Shown here piece after piece: positions 36,144 to 50,379 of a DNA stretch of 64,000 nt; position 1 is the first letter of the stretch, and each line of letters begins with the position of its first letter. Under the pieces are notes generated by a model. The model was not told where the DNA came from. It saw nothing but the letters and a program-made list of their open reading frames with translations, and did not search any database. Source of the stretch: Tricharina praecox. Its lineage: Eukaryota. The stretch is from contig NW_026250406.1 of NCBI RefSeq assembly GCF_024521635.1, positions 62,001 to 126,000 on the forward strand, read 5' to 3'. Position numbers and translations under genes: made by a program.

Positions 36144-39100
36144 ATGAACGGCAACCAAGTAAAGCAATCCCGACGGGACAGTTGGGATTCGCCGGTGGCG
36201 GAAAACAACAACCCCGTTGGTTGGGATGATGCCGGCAAGGAATGGGAGACAGCTACTCGGCCTGCCAACAACAAACAGCAGCGTCTGAAGGTGAAGGATG
36301 CTCGTGAGATGCGTCGCGGTGCAAAGAAACCGGCCCCACAGCGTCCTGCCCTCGACTTTTCCCATAACCCTCATGTGTCCGAGAAGTTTTCGACCCGGCG
36401 CAATGGTGGCGAGAAGAACGTTCCATGGGTGTCGGAGACTGACCATCTGGGCCGGATGAGATTGCCAGTCCTGGGAACTAGGGGAGGCACAGAAGGCATC
36501 GAATTCGTACCCAAGAATCCATCTGTTTCCAAGTGAGCAGTAACCCTATTCTACCATCACCCATCGCCCCCCACCCTAGATGGTTCCTCTTTCTGGATTG
36601 ATTGTTGACTTCCTCGGTTCGCTTGATCAGGTTTGAATATGAGGTTCCGTCCTTCCCGGGCGCTCCCTGGCGATTCATACCTGAGGTCCCTACAGTGGAG
36701 GAATTGTTGCTGGAGGACGTGGAAGTGCCGACCAATATCACTGATGCGGCCTACGATTCTGTCGACGATTACCTTGGAACACACTACGAACTTGTGCGGG
36801 AGGACACCCTCGCTGGGTTGCGGGCTGCTGTCCAGCACGTCCGGAAAAACCCACTCTCCGATGACACCCGTGAAATCGCCATCTACGATCATGTGAGCCC
36901 CTCACACCTGAGCAAGCCGGATGGCGAATGCTGACAATAGGGAAATCAGGTCGAGATTCAAGGATTGACGTTCGCCTCCAACCATGGTGTTTGTGCGAAA
37001 GTCTCGTTCTGGCTGAACCGCGCTGGAAAGCAGATCCGATGGCAGCAGAGTAAACGCCTCATTCCGGGCACGTTGGTCTGTTTGTCGAAGGACGATTTCA
37101 AAACATTCAGAATCGCTACTGTGGCTGCGAGGCCGATGTCCGGTGTCGAGAAGAACCCGCCTGAAGTTGACCTCCTCTTTGAAGGCGAGGGCTTGGAAGT
37201 CGACGCCAAGGTTCCGTGGTTGATGGTGGAGTCTAGGAAGGGCTACTTCGAGGCCTCCAAGTGGGTTCTCAGGTCTATACAGAGAATGACTGAGGAGAAC
37301 ATGCCCCTGAAGGAGCACATAGTCTACCTCGATAAGGATGTCGGCCCTCCAAAGTACCTGGTAGAAAATCCGGTGTACAATCTGACTGCCATCTTTCCCG
37401 ATGCCCGCGACCAGGAGTCGGTTGAAGAAGTCGACATCCTTGAGGGCTGGCCCAAGAAGGTCGAGAGTAGCTTGGACAAATCTCAAACCGATGCCCTTAG
37501 GACGATCCTCACCAAGCGAATCGCCGTCGTGCAAGGTCCGCCGGGAACCGGAAAGACGCATACCTCTGTGGCGGCGCTGCATGCGATGTTAGCCAACATG
37601 ACAGCCGACGACCCGCCGGTGATCGTTGCGTGCCAGACCAACCACGCCCTGGACCAGCTTCTCCGTCATGTATACAAATTTGAGCATGAGATCATCCGTC
37701 TTGGTGGCCGAACCCAAGACCGCGAAGATATCAAGAAACGGACGCTGTTCAACGTGCGCAAAGGCTCAAAGGTCAAAGTCATGGGCCGCGGTATGCAGTC
37801 TATCTTGAAGGATATGGACGCAGTTCGCAACAAAATGACTAAGCTACTCGCGCCGCTCGCGGCTGACCTGATATCACCGGATGCTCTCTTCGACTTCAAA
37901 TTGATCAACGAGAATCAGAGGCGGAGCTTTATCAACGGGGCAAGCGGCTGGGTTCACGCGGAGGGGGATAACAAGCCGACGTCACCGATCGCCACATGGC
38001 TCCACGGCTCCCTTGAGGCGTTGCCAGATTGCCCAGATCTTGGTTACGGCGTCGAGGACCCCGAGATCGATTATGAGGCACTTCTGGACATGGAAGCGGA
38101 ATACGCCCCACATGACGACGAAGATTTCAAGGATGAACTCAACGGCTATGAGTACACCCTGAAGCGTGCCTACGAAGTGAAAATTCCAGATGGAATTGAG
38201 CCTAAGGAGCTCAAACGCGCGCTTCGAAAACAGGACGTCTGGAATCTTCCCGAGTACATGCGTGCTGCGGTCTATCGTCACTGGGAGGCCGAGGCGGTCA
38301 GATTGATCCAGGCCAAGCTGCTGCCCATGAACAAGGAATACCAGAGACTCTCCCGCGAGCTCAAGGTATCCCGGATGGAGAGGGATTCGTTTCTGCTGTC
38401 GCAATCCAAACTCGTCGGAATGACAACCACTGGTCTGAGCAAGTATCGCACCTTGGTCGCCTCGGTCAAGCCAAAGGTGATTTTGATCGAAGAAGCCGCC
38501 GAGTGTCTGGAGGCGCCCGTGTTGGTCGGTTGCCTGCCGAGTGTTCAGCATTTGATCCTCGTCGGTGATCACAAGCAGCTGAAGGGAAAGGTCAACGAGA
38601 TGGGACTGATGGGTGACCCTTACAACTTGGACACGTCGATGTTTGAGCGTTGGGTGCAGAACGAGATGCCGTATGTAGCCTTGAGAACCCAGCGTCGTAA
38701 GTATCCAGTTTTGATTCTGCTCTTGAAATAATTAACTGACGATCTGTATAGGTATGCGGCCCGAAATCCGCGAGATTCTCGAACCGATCTACCCTAACCA
38801 ACTCAAGGACCACGAGTCTGTGCTCGGTAGAGACCATGTCCAGGGCATGGGCGGAATCAACATGTATTGGCATTGTCACAGCGCCGACGAGGAGAATATG
38901 GCCGACACGCCGTCCAAGTGCAATCCATTCGAAGCCGAATCCATCGCCAAGTTTGTCGAGTATCTAGTGCTAAATGGCGTCGAACCGGAGAAGATCACGA
39001 TCCTCACTTTCTACACGGGGCAGAAGTCGTTGCTCTACAAAACGCTTAAGAAAACTGTCAATTTCAGGTTCACGAATTTCAAGATCGCCACAGTCGACTC

Positions 39101-39677
39101 GTATCAGGGTGAGGAGAACGATATCATTATTCTCTCCCTCGTCCGGTCCAACTCCCACGGCAACATCGGTTTCCTGGCCAACGAGAACCGTGTATGCGTC
39201 GCGCTCTCCCGCGCCCAGCGCGGCTTCTACATCTTTGGCAACGCAGCCATGGTAACCCGCGCCGACAAGCTCTGGTGGGACATCGGCTCGGTGCTCAACC
39301 AGCCGCCCGCCAAGATCGGCTACACGCTACCTTTGACCTGCCACCGCCACAAGGAGCGCACGCTCATCGAGGGCCCCAACAGCTGGGACGACATTTCTGG
39401 CGGCTGCCGCCAGCTGTGCAAGGAGCTGATGGCCTGCGACCACGAGTGTCCGCTCCGCTGCCACCCGTTCTCGCACGAGCAGTACCGCTGTCTCGCACCC
39501 TGCCAGCGCCTCAGCCCCAAATGCGGCCACCAGTGCGCGAAACTCTGCTACATCGAGGAGTGCGAGTGCGCGGAATGCGACCGATCCGCGAACCCGAAGG
39601 TCCGCAGGATCGAGATGGCCCCGAAGATGCAGGATCAGCAGCTGGGTGCCGAGAATGATCCGTGGAATATGGGTTAG
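36144..39677 (+). CDS. hrr1: Hrr1/ZNFX1-type SF1 (Upf1-like) RNA helicase with NFX1-type Cys-rich zinc finger
   Basis: YELVREDTLAGLR; SKRLIPGTLVCLS; Walker A QGPPGTGKT; TNHALDQ; MTTTG; IEEAAE; GDHKQL; TVDSYQGEEND; NRVCVALSRA; C-terminal C..L.CDHECPLRCHPFSH. Introns 36533-36630, 36893-36949 and 38697-38751. Confidence 0.9.
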
Positions 39678-41273
39678 GTGGAGCGTGAGGATATCGTGGG
39701 GCAGTGACGGACGGACTCTACTAACACCTTTCTTTCTTCTGTTGCATACCTACTTTCTACTGACAGGGCGTAAACCGGTGCGTTTGTTTGGTTAGTGATT
39801 TGTTTGTTTCTTGCGATCAGGATATTGCGGTGCGGTGTGATGCTACCTATCTGTAGACTACACTTGAACTACTGTACTTGAGAGACGAAATTTGATACCT
39901 TGAGGCTTGGGTGGGAATAGAAACGCTGTGTTCTTGATATGACAAGTTAAGTTCCGACGATGTATGGATGGTGAATGAGCGGTGAATGAGCGCTGTTGAT
40001 CACGTCCTATGACTCGAAGTCTCGAATGCATGTGAAGAGTACATAGAAACGGATCAGTGAATCACGGGGCGACGAAAGAACAGGAAATCCATCGTGAGCT
40101 TGACACCGACACCGACAATGGACCTGGCGAGGACCTACAGTAGGTGCTGCTACCCCGCCAGATCATCGTTGCTTTCTCGTAAATCCGCAATCCCATCCAC
40201 CACCAAATACCGATGGTAGTCCCTACTAGCTAGTACGAACGAGCTGGAGCGGAATACGCCAGTACATACTCGCAAGTCGGAGTGGATGTTTACTCGTGAC
40301 TGCGTTGATCGCACGATGTCCATAGCACGGTACCTACCTACTTGGTATGTAGAATGTAGCATTTCAATCACTCGTCGAGCCCAGTGTCAGGTGTCAGCTA
40401 GGTATGGCCGAGAAGACATCTGACCAGACCGAATTTTGTTCAATCCTCTATGTACCTATGCTGCCCAACTACATAAGAGTGCGGGGCGAGCAGAAGGAAT
40501 GGGGTGTCACAAGCCTAACTTTATCCGCATAGCGCTTGCGGCGCCACTCTACCGTACATACATACGCTGCGCCGGCAAAAGGAAATGGAAACGCTGTCAG
40601 ACAGACTGGCAAAAGTGACATCATCCCTACATACAATCCCATCCCACAGTGCAGTGCACACAGCCATGACCCAATGACCCGTACGTTCCGTTTCATTTCT
40701 CTCCTCCAAATCACACCAACAGCAGCATCAGCAGCACACACAACAAGAGCACATGGAAAGAAGAAAAAAAAACACCAGAAAATGCAAATCGTCGGAAAAA
40801 TCATCAGTTCGTATCAACCCAAATCGTCGTCATCACAATGCCAATTGTTTCCAGACTTTCGCTATACACGCTCTCTCTCTCACGCGCGCACACAACACAC
40901 GAACCGAAAGCGAAAGCGAAAGTAAAATCGAAAGAAAAAAACGCATCGCTTCAAAGAGTAGTATCGTAGCTACAACATGCCGCCCAATTGAAGAACGGAA
41001 AAAACAGAACGCAGACTCCGTAAGCACAAGAGACGTAGCTGAACAAGCGGAAAGAACAATCGGAACAGAAGAATCCAAACCAAGACTCCCCTGAAGACCA
41101 GTAGAGCTATTCGAGAAAGAAAAAACAGCCAGCTAGAGCAAAGAAAACAAACAACGATTTTGCACACAACCCAAACCTGGATCCAAGAGATAGAACGAGA
41201 AGCCTGTAGCGCCAGAGAAACCCAACCCGCCAACCAACTATACAAAGTAAGGAAAACGCGGAATGAATGCACA

Positions 41274-43180
41274 CTACAATACTTCGCCGTGATTCTGCTG
41301 CCATCGATTTATCTTTGTCGACAGCAACTCCATGATCTCGAGAGCATTGGCGTTCGCCGAGAGCGCTTCTGCCGCCTTGTCGAGGACCTTACTGGTCCCA
41401 CCACCACCATTGATCTGGATCTTGGGGATGCTCGGATCGCTGACAGTATTCGACGACGCGGTGGCAGATCTCGGACTCGCGCTCTTGGGAGTGGCAGTCG
41501 AGCTCTTGCTCTTGCTGACGGGTGTACCCTGCTCCTCCATCCATGCAAGGTACGCGTAGATGTCGGATTGACGCGTGTTGGCCATCTCGACCTGTGTGCG
41601 CGTGATGTACTCCGAGATGCTGTTGACACGCTTCTTCATCTCGTTCATGGTGATGCGGGCGGCAGGTAGTCTCGGTTTTGTGGGCTTTTCGAGCACGCTG
41701 GCAGTGTTGTCGTGCTTGACGTGGCTCGTCGACGACTCGGCACGAGCCATTGGCACGCCCGTCTCGTGCGGATCTTCCGATTGGCGCGTGTGCCGTCCGT
41801 TTCTTCGACGTCCGCCGTTGATGTTGCTGTTGCGGGCAGCTCGTTTCGTGGTCTGTTGCGGTGTGTCCGGTACTACAGGCTCGGCCTGAACGACGGGTGT
41901 GGGTTCTACCGGCTCTTCGACAACGCTTCGGTGAGTGGATCGACTGTTCTTGCGAGGCGCGTAATCATCCGAATGTTCCGAATCTACGCACTGTCAGTCG
42001 AACAATCCTAGAAAGCGATAACAAAACCAAAGACGGAAAGAGAATCGCATACCATCTTTCCGAGGCTCAAACTTCTCGATGCCTCCTCGGTTTCTAGTAG
42101 AGGTCCTCTTGGCCGACGTAACATTGTTGGAGCTCGCATTTCGGTTGGCAGCAGCCCGAGCCTTACGAGCTGAGGGAGGTGGATTCACGGGGCCCTTCGC
42201 CGGCTTCTCATCGCTCGAATCGACGATCGCGTTCGATTGGGATTCCGGAGTATCGGAATGACGGGACCGTTTCGGATCTTTCATCCTATTGAGGTGAAAT
42301 GGTTAGCTCACACAACAACAAAAGGAGCTCAGCAAGAAGGTAACATACTCGTCAGACCCCTCACTTGAACCACGTTTCCGTCCCCTACGGGAACCCGAAT
42401 CCCCATTCGTTTTTGTCTCGTGCTTGCTTACTTCTAGCATTCTCTTCAGAACCTCGTCGTCGTACTCAGCATCTCGAGAGTTCATGGTGGTCCTTCGCTT
42501 GTGACTAACTTCCTTCGCTGTCGGCTTCGGGGGTTCTTCTTGGGCGGGTAGGTAAACTGAAGTCTTGTGGCTGCATCGAGAACGTCAGATCAAATTCGAA
42601 ATCAGTGCATTGCGATGGGTTCGATTGCATGAGGGTCGAGAGTAAGAGACAAGGGGGAGGGGGTCGGGAACAATGACGAGAAAGGGAAGCAGGGAAGAAA
42701 AGCAAAAATATGAACTCACCCAGCTTTGTTGAAGCCCTCCCTGTGCAATTCGGGCTTGCATTTTTCACAGTAGTAGTTTTCCGGAGTGGATTCGTTGTCC
42801 GTGATGCCGACGCAGAAGCCGTGCTGCCATACCTTACACTGATCGCACTGGATGAAGAGTCCGTCGGTGTCCGTCTCGTCGTCACCGCCTTGGTACTCTT
42901 GAAAACCGCAGATGCAGCGCGTAATCTCGTCCTCGGCGTCGCCAGCATCCTCCATCGCTTCGTCGACGACACTCTCGGCCGTGTGTGAATCGTCGTTGGC
43001 TTCGTCGATGTCGGCATCGGGGACTCGCTGGAAGGTGGAGTCCAGGTCTACGAGCGTGTCTTCGTCGGGACGGTGTCTGCTGATGCGGTTCCGAGAGGAG
43101 GAGGACGATGATGAGGAGGATGCTGCAATCTGGTGGGTAGTAGACCGCGCCCGAGATGATCGGCGGCGCGGGGAGACCAT
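41274..43180 (-). CDS. CTI6: Cti6 PHD-finger protein (Rpd3L histone deacetylase complex subunit)
   Basis: MVSPRRRSSRAR; PHD TRCICG...FIQCDQCKVWQHGFCVGI...YYCEKCKPELH; KRRTTMNSRDAEYD; C-terminal KPRLPAARITMNEMKKRVNSISEYITRTQVEMA...INRWQQNHG. Three introns. Confidence 0.92.
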
Positions 43181-45394
43181 TCCGAAGAAGAGGGTAGTTG
43201 TAACGGGTGAGGTAGGTAGGTAGGATAGAGATCAAGCGGAAGTAGGTTTTTGGTAGGAGGGGATGTTTGGTTTGGCGAGTTGGTTGGTGTAAGCAGAAGC
43301 GGGTGAGGAACGAGAAGCGGGCGAGTTGCGACGTGCAGGAGCGGGTTGGGGGGAGGGGGAGAAGAGGGATTGAAGGAAGTTGCGTTCAGAGGACAAGGGC
43401 AGAGGAGAATAGTGACAGGTAGACGAAGAGGAGATGCATGAGGGTACAGCGGGGGGGGGTAGTGGTAGGTGTGTGGGCGAGTTGAGTAGTTGGGGTCTTA
43501 ACGGGCAACGACGGAGAAACGAGGAGGGAGGAGGGTGGGTGGGCGAGAAGACCGGCCAGCAATAGAGTCCAGGACGGAAACACCACCACCACCCACTTGT
43601 CACTGGCGAAATGCTTCTTAACGGTGCATACCACAGAGCGAATGCGCCTGCACTAACCGGGTTAGGTATAGCCTGGAACCGGCGGGAAAACAATAAACGA
43701 AAGGTTTGAAAAAGGTTGAGGCAACAAGCCGGGATTGGCTTGGAGTCGAGGCAATACAGCTTGCGGAGGGTTTGCGGACAGCTTTCGATCATTTGGTGGT
43801 GGTGGTTGAGGACGAGGCGGGATCGCTGTGTGTGGTTTGCGTCACGGTTTGATTCTGTGGCTGTTGCTTGTGGTTCTGGTTGTGCGGTGGTGAAGGTGTG
43901 GCTGGAGAACTCCGATCAGGCTCGGGCAGCCACGCGAGGTCGGCGGCGACGACGGCGGACGGCGGAGGGCGGAGGAGCCATGGGAAGAGATGTACTAGTA
44001 AGTGAAAGAGAGTGTTGCTCAGGAGGGAGAGCAGAGAGGAGAGAGCGCGATGTAACCAAGAGAAGAGACCAGGCGGGGAGCGCTTTCCATGGGGAGGGGG
44101 AGAGGAGGGGGCGGGGGGTGAGGGAGAAGGGGGGGTGTCGAAGGTTAGTTACCGTTTGCTCTCTGCGAGGCCACCATGGGGGTTCGCTTGTCTGGCTGGC
44201 GACGATGGGGAATGCGGCTGTGTCTTGGCATAGCCGTTGGACCCCCCGCTCTCCCCGGACCGCAAGCTATAATATGCGAGGAATGTGTCTGTGCATCTAT
44301 CTGACGCGATGACGATTCCGACGTCCTGTAACTAGATAGCCGCGGGTGGATCGAGTCAGTAAGGCTGATGGTTTCCGGAGGGTTAGGAGACATCGGATTG
44401 GGGGGCACTCGATGTTGGGGCTCCGTATTTACCTCAGAAGGCGCGGCTGACGACCGGGCTAGACGGATCCTCATTCCTTGCGGCGACACTCAGCCGTGTG
44501 TGTACGACGGACACGTTGGGGAAGCGAAGAAACACAAGGATAGCCGGCGAAGGGAGAGCAGTCAGGTGAGGGTGGGTGAGGGGGGACAGTCCGCCAGCGA
44601 GAGCCTGGTACGCACAGAGAAAGTGTTTTATACCGCAGAATCCAGCACATGGAAGCATTCCAACTGTTTCGTTTCCGTCGATTGCGAAGAAGAAACAACG
44701 TTCGGGAGGACGGGGGGCTGGCTCTGCTGGATGGATCCATTCTTCCTTCCGCTAGTTATATACCTGTGGTAGACCAGTCGCACGATATCCATATTGACCA
44801 GACCATTCCGACGATTCCCAGGAGGGCGGCTTAGATCGTCACAGCTCGTGGTTCGGTTGTTGTGGTTGCAGCTGGAGAAGGTTGAAGTTATGTTGTTGAA
44901 GGAGGAAGAGGTCTAGCTGCAGCCCTAGGCACTAGTCAGTAGTACATCGTAGGAGAGATCAGTGATGACAATAATTCACCAACAGCGGACGAGCCCGAAT
45001 CGCCTCACAACTCACAAAACGAAAAAGAAAGGAAGCTCGCCACTCTCGCAAACATGTCGTGTGTCTACCGGGATGGTGATAGCTTGGGGAGAATACACCT
45101 GCAGCATGAGGAATGGAGTACCTACGTAGAACTGATGCCGGGTGATATTGAATGCTGCAGCCGGATGCTGAGCTAATTGCAAGCTGTATATTCCCAAGAT
45201 GATCATAGTAGGTACTATACTTTAGCATATTCTCGGAGTGTCACATAGCCAGTAGAGATTGGTCGAGTGGAGAGTAGAGTGCCTGTGTAGAGTATTGGGG
45301 GGCCTGTTTCGAATGAGGGTAAGTGGGTGTGCTGTGCAGACTGCTTTCTTTCTGCCTTCCGGACGATACTAGAGTAAGTGAGTACTGAGGGAGT

Positions 45395-45623
45395 GCGGGT
45401 GTCGGGATGTGGGGGTGTCGAGGTATCGGGGTGTCGGGATGCCGAGGTATCGGGGTGTCGGGATGCCGAGGTGTCGGGGTGTTGAGGTGTCGGGGTGTTG
45501 AGGTGTCGGGGTGTTGAGGTGTCGGAGTGTTGAGGTGTCGGAGTGTTGAGGTGTCGGAGTGTTGAGGTGTCGGAGTGTTGAGGTGTCGGAGTTGAGGTGT
45601 CGGAGTGTCGGGATGTCGAGGTG
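45395..45623. repeat. 16-bp minisatellite GAGGTGTCGGRGTGTT with 24-bp variants
   Basis: Read directly. Confidence 0.9.
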
Positions 45624-48071
45624 CCTCTGTGTTGCGGCACGAGCGGCACGAGCGGCATGAGCGGGATGAAGCGACCTATGTGAGTTGGAGCTGGACGCCG
45701 GCCTCTTCCACCATGGCTTCCCTGGAGTTGCCGGTGGTTCGTGGAGCTCACAAGAACTGCATGTCGTCCATACCGTATGTAGCTGCAGACGCAGCCACGG
45801 AACGGAATCCGGCTCTTCGCGGCCGAGATTCAATTGAAGAAAATAAAAGAGGTCTATGAACTTTTGGGAATATCTGTGGTGCTTGATAATGTTTGGTATA
45901 TTAAACAAGAGACCGACCGACAACATTTCAACGTTCACATTCAATGACCGCATTGAGTCTGCTCGCCGCAATGCATTCCGCACTCGGAGACGGAGTCGTT
46001 TATGAATGAGCGTATATGCGGTGAGCCTGTCTGTCACCGTGCAGTGAGTCCCTCTTCCCCCTCCAGTATTAACTAGTACCTAGAGTAGATAGAGCAGTTG
46101 TCCCACCACGACGATCCCGCCTGCATCCGCAACCGCCGGTGACTGCTGTCGGTGATAGTGACGAAACCGAAGGCTCGTTCCACCCGCTCTGCCAACCGTG
46201 CCATTTATACGCGCGGGAACCTAACTAGAGAGATATATATATATACATAGAGAGATATATATATACATAGAGAGAGAGAGAGAATCTATATATCGTCGCA
46301 CGTCGCATATGGCCTCAACTAACTACTCTAACTACTAACCACCGTAGACCGGAATCCCAACAGCCGCCTACCTACCTACGCACGAATGAATCCACCAACC
46401 GGCACGAGTGCTCTGGAGTCTACAGGTGACGTCGAACAAGCTTCCCTCTACGAGACAATCATGAAACCGGTTCCGTCGAGCTGGACTGAACGACTGATCT
46501 CCTGGCCTGGGGCGAATCGTGACCGCCAAAGTGCTTGACGATCGCCATGCGGAGGAGGGATCATCGGAGCACGGTTCGTACGTACATGCCAGTTGGAAAA
46601 AGTAGGTGCGCGGCAATCCCCAGGTAGAGGTGATCCGGGCAAACAATCTCACGGCAGTCATGGCAATGGTAGGTATATGTACTGTGTACTGAGAGAAGTG
46701 ATGACTTGCCTCGAGACGAGCACTGATGGATGCTAAGGCGATGGTGAATCGGGCTTGCAGTGATCTTTGAGGTTGTACGATGAGGCGATGGTGAATCCGG
46801 CTGTTACTACAGTACATGCTCTCGAAGGGATTTGCCAGGAAGACCGGATAGCCGATGCTGTGATGGTAGATACGGCCCTACGATGAGCATCTTGAGGACT
46901 GGCTACCAACCACATACCGGTATCGCTCCGAGACTGGCCTGTGAATTTAGGATATGCATTTCTTTTTTGCTGTTCCTGTCGTCCCCATGATCCTGCAGAT
47001 GCCTTGGTGAGTTGCTGAGGCGTTCTTTCGCATATCTACCGTACCTATTCTCTGGTCCGCCACGGTGGTCTGGCATTTCGTGATCTTGCGTCTAATGGCT
47101 CCCACTGCGTTCTCGGAACATCCATCTCCCTCCGATCGTATCCACGGCGTGAAGACTTTCCCAATTGCTTGCCTGATTGCCTGTTTGCCTGCTTGCTGTA
47201 ATCACATTCGAACCCCAGCCCGATTCCCGGTACCTATCTATGTATAGCAGTATGTATAGCAATATGCACGCTCATCCCCCGCCGCCTCGGCTGTACCGTA
47301 CCGTACCAAACACCTTTTCACTCGCACACAACCATACAACCACACAACCACACAGCGGGGTCCCGTGGCTGATTTGCCCTACCTACCTTCTCAGCTTATC
47401 GAGGACGGTGTGTGAAGCGTAGTCTGCGGATAGTTACAGGCAGCGACTTCCGTTCGGAGCCCACAACAAGAGGGGATGTTTGTCCGCTGCCCCGCACCCG
47501 ATCGCTCGGTTGGCCGTTCCTGACTTCTGTCGTATCATAGGTTCATAGTTGGATGGGACACTCCGGAATGTGGCCATAAATCAGACTGTAGTTACGGCAA
47601 ACCTGGACCACTGTCCCAGGCGCTGTCACTGTCCCTTCCGATACTTGAGCCGCTTCGTCAATCGCTAGAGTCGCTTCTCGACTCCACAATTATCTAACCT
47701 GAACTCAAATCCACCCTGGGAGGGGTCTCGTCGCCCACAGAACTCTACATAGAAATCCTTACTCTACTCTCCTTAGTAACCTCCTCCGTGCTAACGCAAC
47801 TCGTACACACACCCTCGACTGCCATGTCCCATACCTCTGCACCCCCTCCACACCAAACCACTATCTAACTAACTTACTACTACATACTCCACACCAAACC
47901 ATACCATACCATACCAAACCAACCCCCCACTTTGAACCGTAGTCGACCTTCGCTGCCCGCATTCCCGTCAATTCGGAATTTCAATTTACCCCTCCGTCAA
48001 CGGCCCATCTCGTCTCGTCCTTAGGCCCGCCCTTTGCCCTTTGCCACCGTCCAAAGCTGTCGTGCTTCGAT

Positions 48072-49799
48072 ATGTCTGCCGCCGTGGGTACGCATCTGCA
48101 ACCCCCCTCCCTCTCCTTTCCCTTCACTTCTGCTCCTCCGTATTGCGGTTCAATCACCCCTCCTTCTGTTTCTCCTGCCATGATATCCAACTCTCCACGA
48201 ACTAGCTCCTCCATCCAGTCCCTATCCAGCCCCCAAACCCCGCAGTCATGACTGTCCCGAGAATCAAAGATTTGTTGCTCAACCAGCGTTTTGCATCGGC
48301 CTACAGATAATTACCACTCGATCACCGCTCGGCCTATCCGTCCACTTCCGAAACGACGCCTTCGATCGAGACTATCCGAAGATGCCGATAGCTCGCTCTT
48401 TGCCGCTCCGCCCGCTCCCGCCGCCCCCCTGTTCTACTTTCCGTACAATACCTATCCCGGTGACGCTGGTAGTGGAGGAGGTGGTGGAGGTGCTGGTGAC
48501 CGCGGTGGACGAACGGGATCCGCGTCGTCGGGCGGTTTTGGCTCCTCCGGTCACGGTGCGGGCGATGTACTGCAGGAGTCATCGGATGAGGACGCCGACT
48601 CGTGTGCTTCAGTGTCACGTGGGGTGGATCGCGGCGTCGTCGCAAGCTATACGGGAGCCAACGGTGCGGGCGTAGGTGTAGGCGGAGGGGGAACGGCGGA
48701 TCCCTACGAGTGGACCGAAAACACAAACAACAAGAAGAAGCGGAAGATTCCCACGCACACTAATCCCGGAGGGAGCACGGGGGCTGGTGGCGGTGGGGCT
48801 GGGTGTGGCGGAACTCACGCTTCGCCGGGGTTCTCGCCGACGTCGACCCCTAAGAGTAGGTGGAAGTCGAATGGGTCTTCGTTGCAACGCTCGCCGCTCG
48901 CCGCTACTGGGGGTGCCACAACTGTCACCGCATTGAGGAGACCAGCGAGACGGCACCCGTCGACGGATAAGTTTGCCGGTTTGGTCGCAGGGAAGCAGAA
49001 GGAAGAACCCGTTACACCCACCAAGGGAAAACGCAGGAGGGACGGTGGCACGGCCGATTCGGGCTTTCCGAAACAAACTCAGTTTACCTTCACCTACGAC
49101 TCGCCGGTATCGATGCCTTTTGCTTCATCGTCGACAACATCACCACCATCAGCCGGTACCACCGCCGGAGGAGCTTCCGCACCCGCACGCTCGATGCATA
49201 CCGTTGGCACGCAGACATCACCCGGGATGTCGAACAGCAGCTATCAGCCGCAGCCGCCCGCACCCGCAAAGAAGAAGACGCCCAAGCCCTCTCGCCGCGA
49301 ACTCTTCCAGCAGGCGCAGCGTCGCCGCCGCCAAGAGGCGCTCTCACACAACAATAACAACGGCGAGATATGGATCTGCGAGTTCTGCGAGTACGAGTCG
49401 ATCTTTGGCGAGCCTCCGGAGGCGTTGATGCGACAGTACGAGATCAAGGATCGGAAAGAGCGACGGCGATTGGCGGAGAAACGGCGGCTCCTCGAAAAGG
49501 CAAAGCAGAAGGGGAAGAAGAACGCGAGCAAGAATGCGGGGAAGAAGGGGGCGAACAACCACGCCAGCGCCGCGCCTCCGCCCCCGCCACCTCCGAGCAC
49601 TACGGACTCCCAGGGAACGCAGAGCGATAACACACCACTTGCGAGTGCTTCGCAGACTCCGGCGCTAAAACCGACAAGGAATAGCCAGCAAGTGCAGACG
49701 GAGGCGTGTCTCGAGTCAAGTCTCCACGTCAGTAACGGCCGCGGCGCGGCGGGCAAGGCCAGCACTACGGATAATGGGACGTCAGCCAAACCCTTATAG
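48072..49799 (+). CDS. Conserved fungal protein of unknown function (basic, NLS-like, CxxC motif)
   Basis: Micro-exon MSAAV, intron 48088-48306 (GTACGC..CAG, phase 1), then DNYHSITARPIRPLPKRRLRSRLS; ENTNNKKKRKIP; QFTF; WICEFCEYESIFGEPPEALMRQYEIKDRKERRRLAEKRRLLEKAK. Confidence 0.85.
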
Positions 49800-50379
49800 C
49801 TCAGGGGGTGGTCGGGCGACAACCATCTTGCTCGCGTCGTCGTCGTCATCGGTGCCGTTTGTCTGTTCTTGTTCTTGTTCTGCTGTTTTTGTTTTCGTTT
49901 GGGCTCGGGCTTGGGCTTGGGGGGCTGGGTTGGGGAGGCTGGGTGATGATCTGCCGGGTTTACTGTTTCTGTTTGGGTGTGGTTACTGCCATTGTCATGT
50001 TAATTGTCGTTCGTTTTGTGTCTTTCCTTGATGTCTGTCTGTGTGTCCGTTCTGGTCTGGTTGTCCTGGTGTGTCTACACTCTACACTTTACTCTAGGTA
50101 CCTTCATTGTGTAATCACTTTTCACTCTTTCCTTCCTTTTCTTCCCCTTTGCGTCGATTGTGTCGATTGGTTTTTATACATGGTTACTTTACTCTACACT
50201 GCTTGCTCATACTCTCTACTTTTGCAGCTTTGTGCGGTCGGTGTGGCAGTGGCAGTGGCAGTGTGCTTCTAAGCTCTCGTCTGCTCTTGTGTGCTTGATA
50301 GGTGTGCTACCTATACTACAGTTACGTAGGTATCAGGTGTTGACCGAATTTGCGGTTTTCCAAGTTGGTTTTCCGAGTC

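Noticed and set aside
46720..46945. Stop-riddled protein-like frame (LLQYMLSKGFARKTG*PML*W*IRPYDEHLEDW)
   Set aside because: It is too short and has no recognisable family, so it cannot be distinguished from chance.
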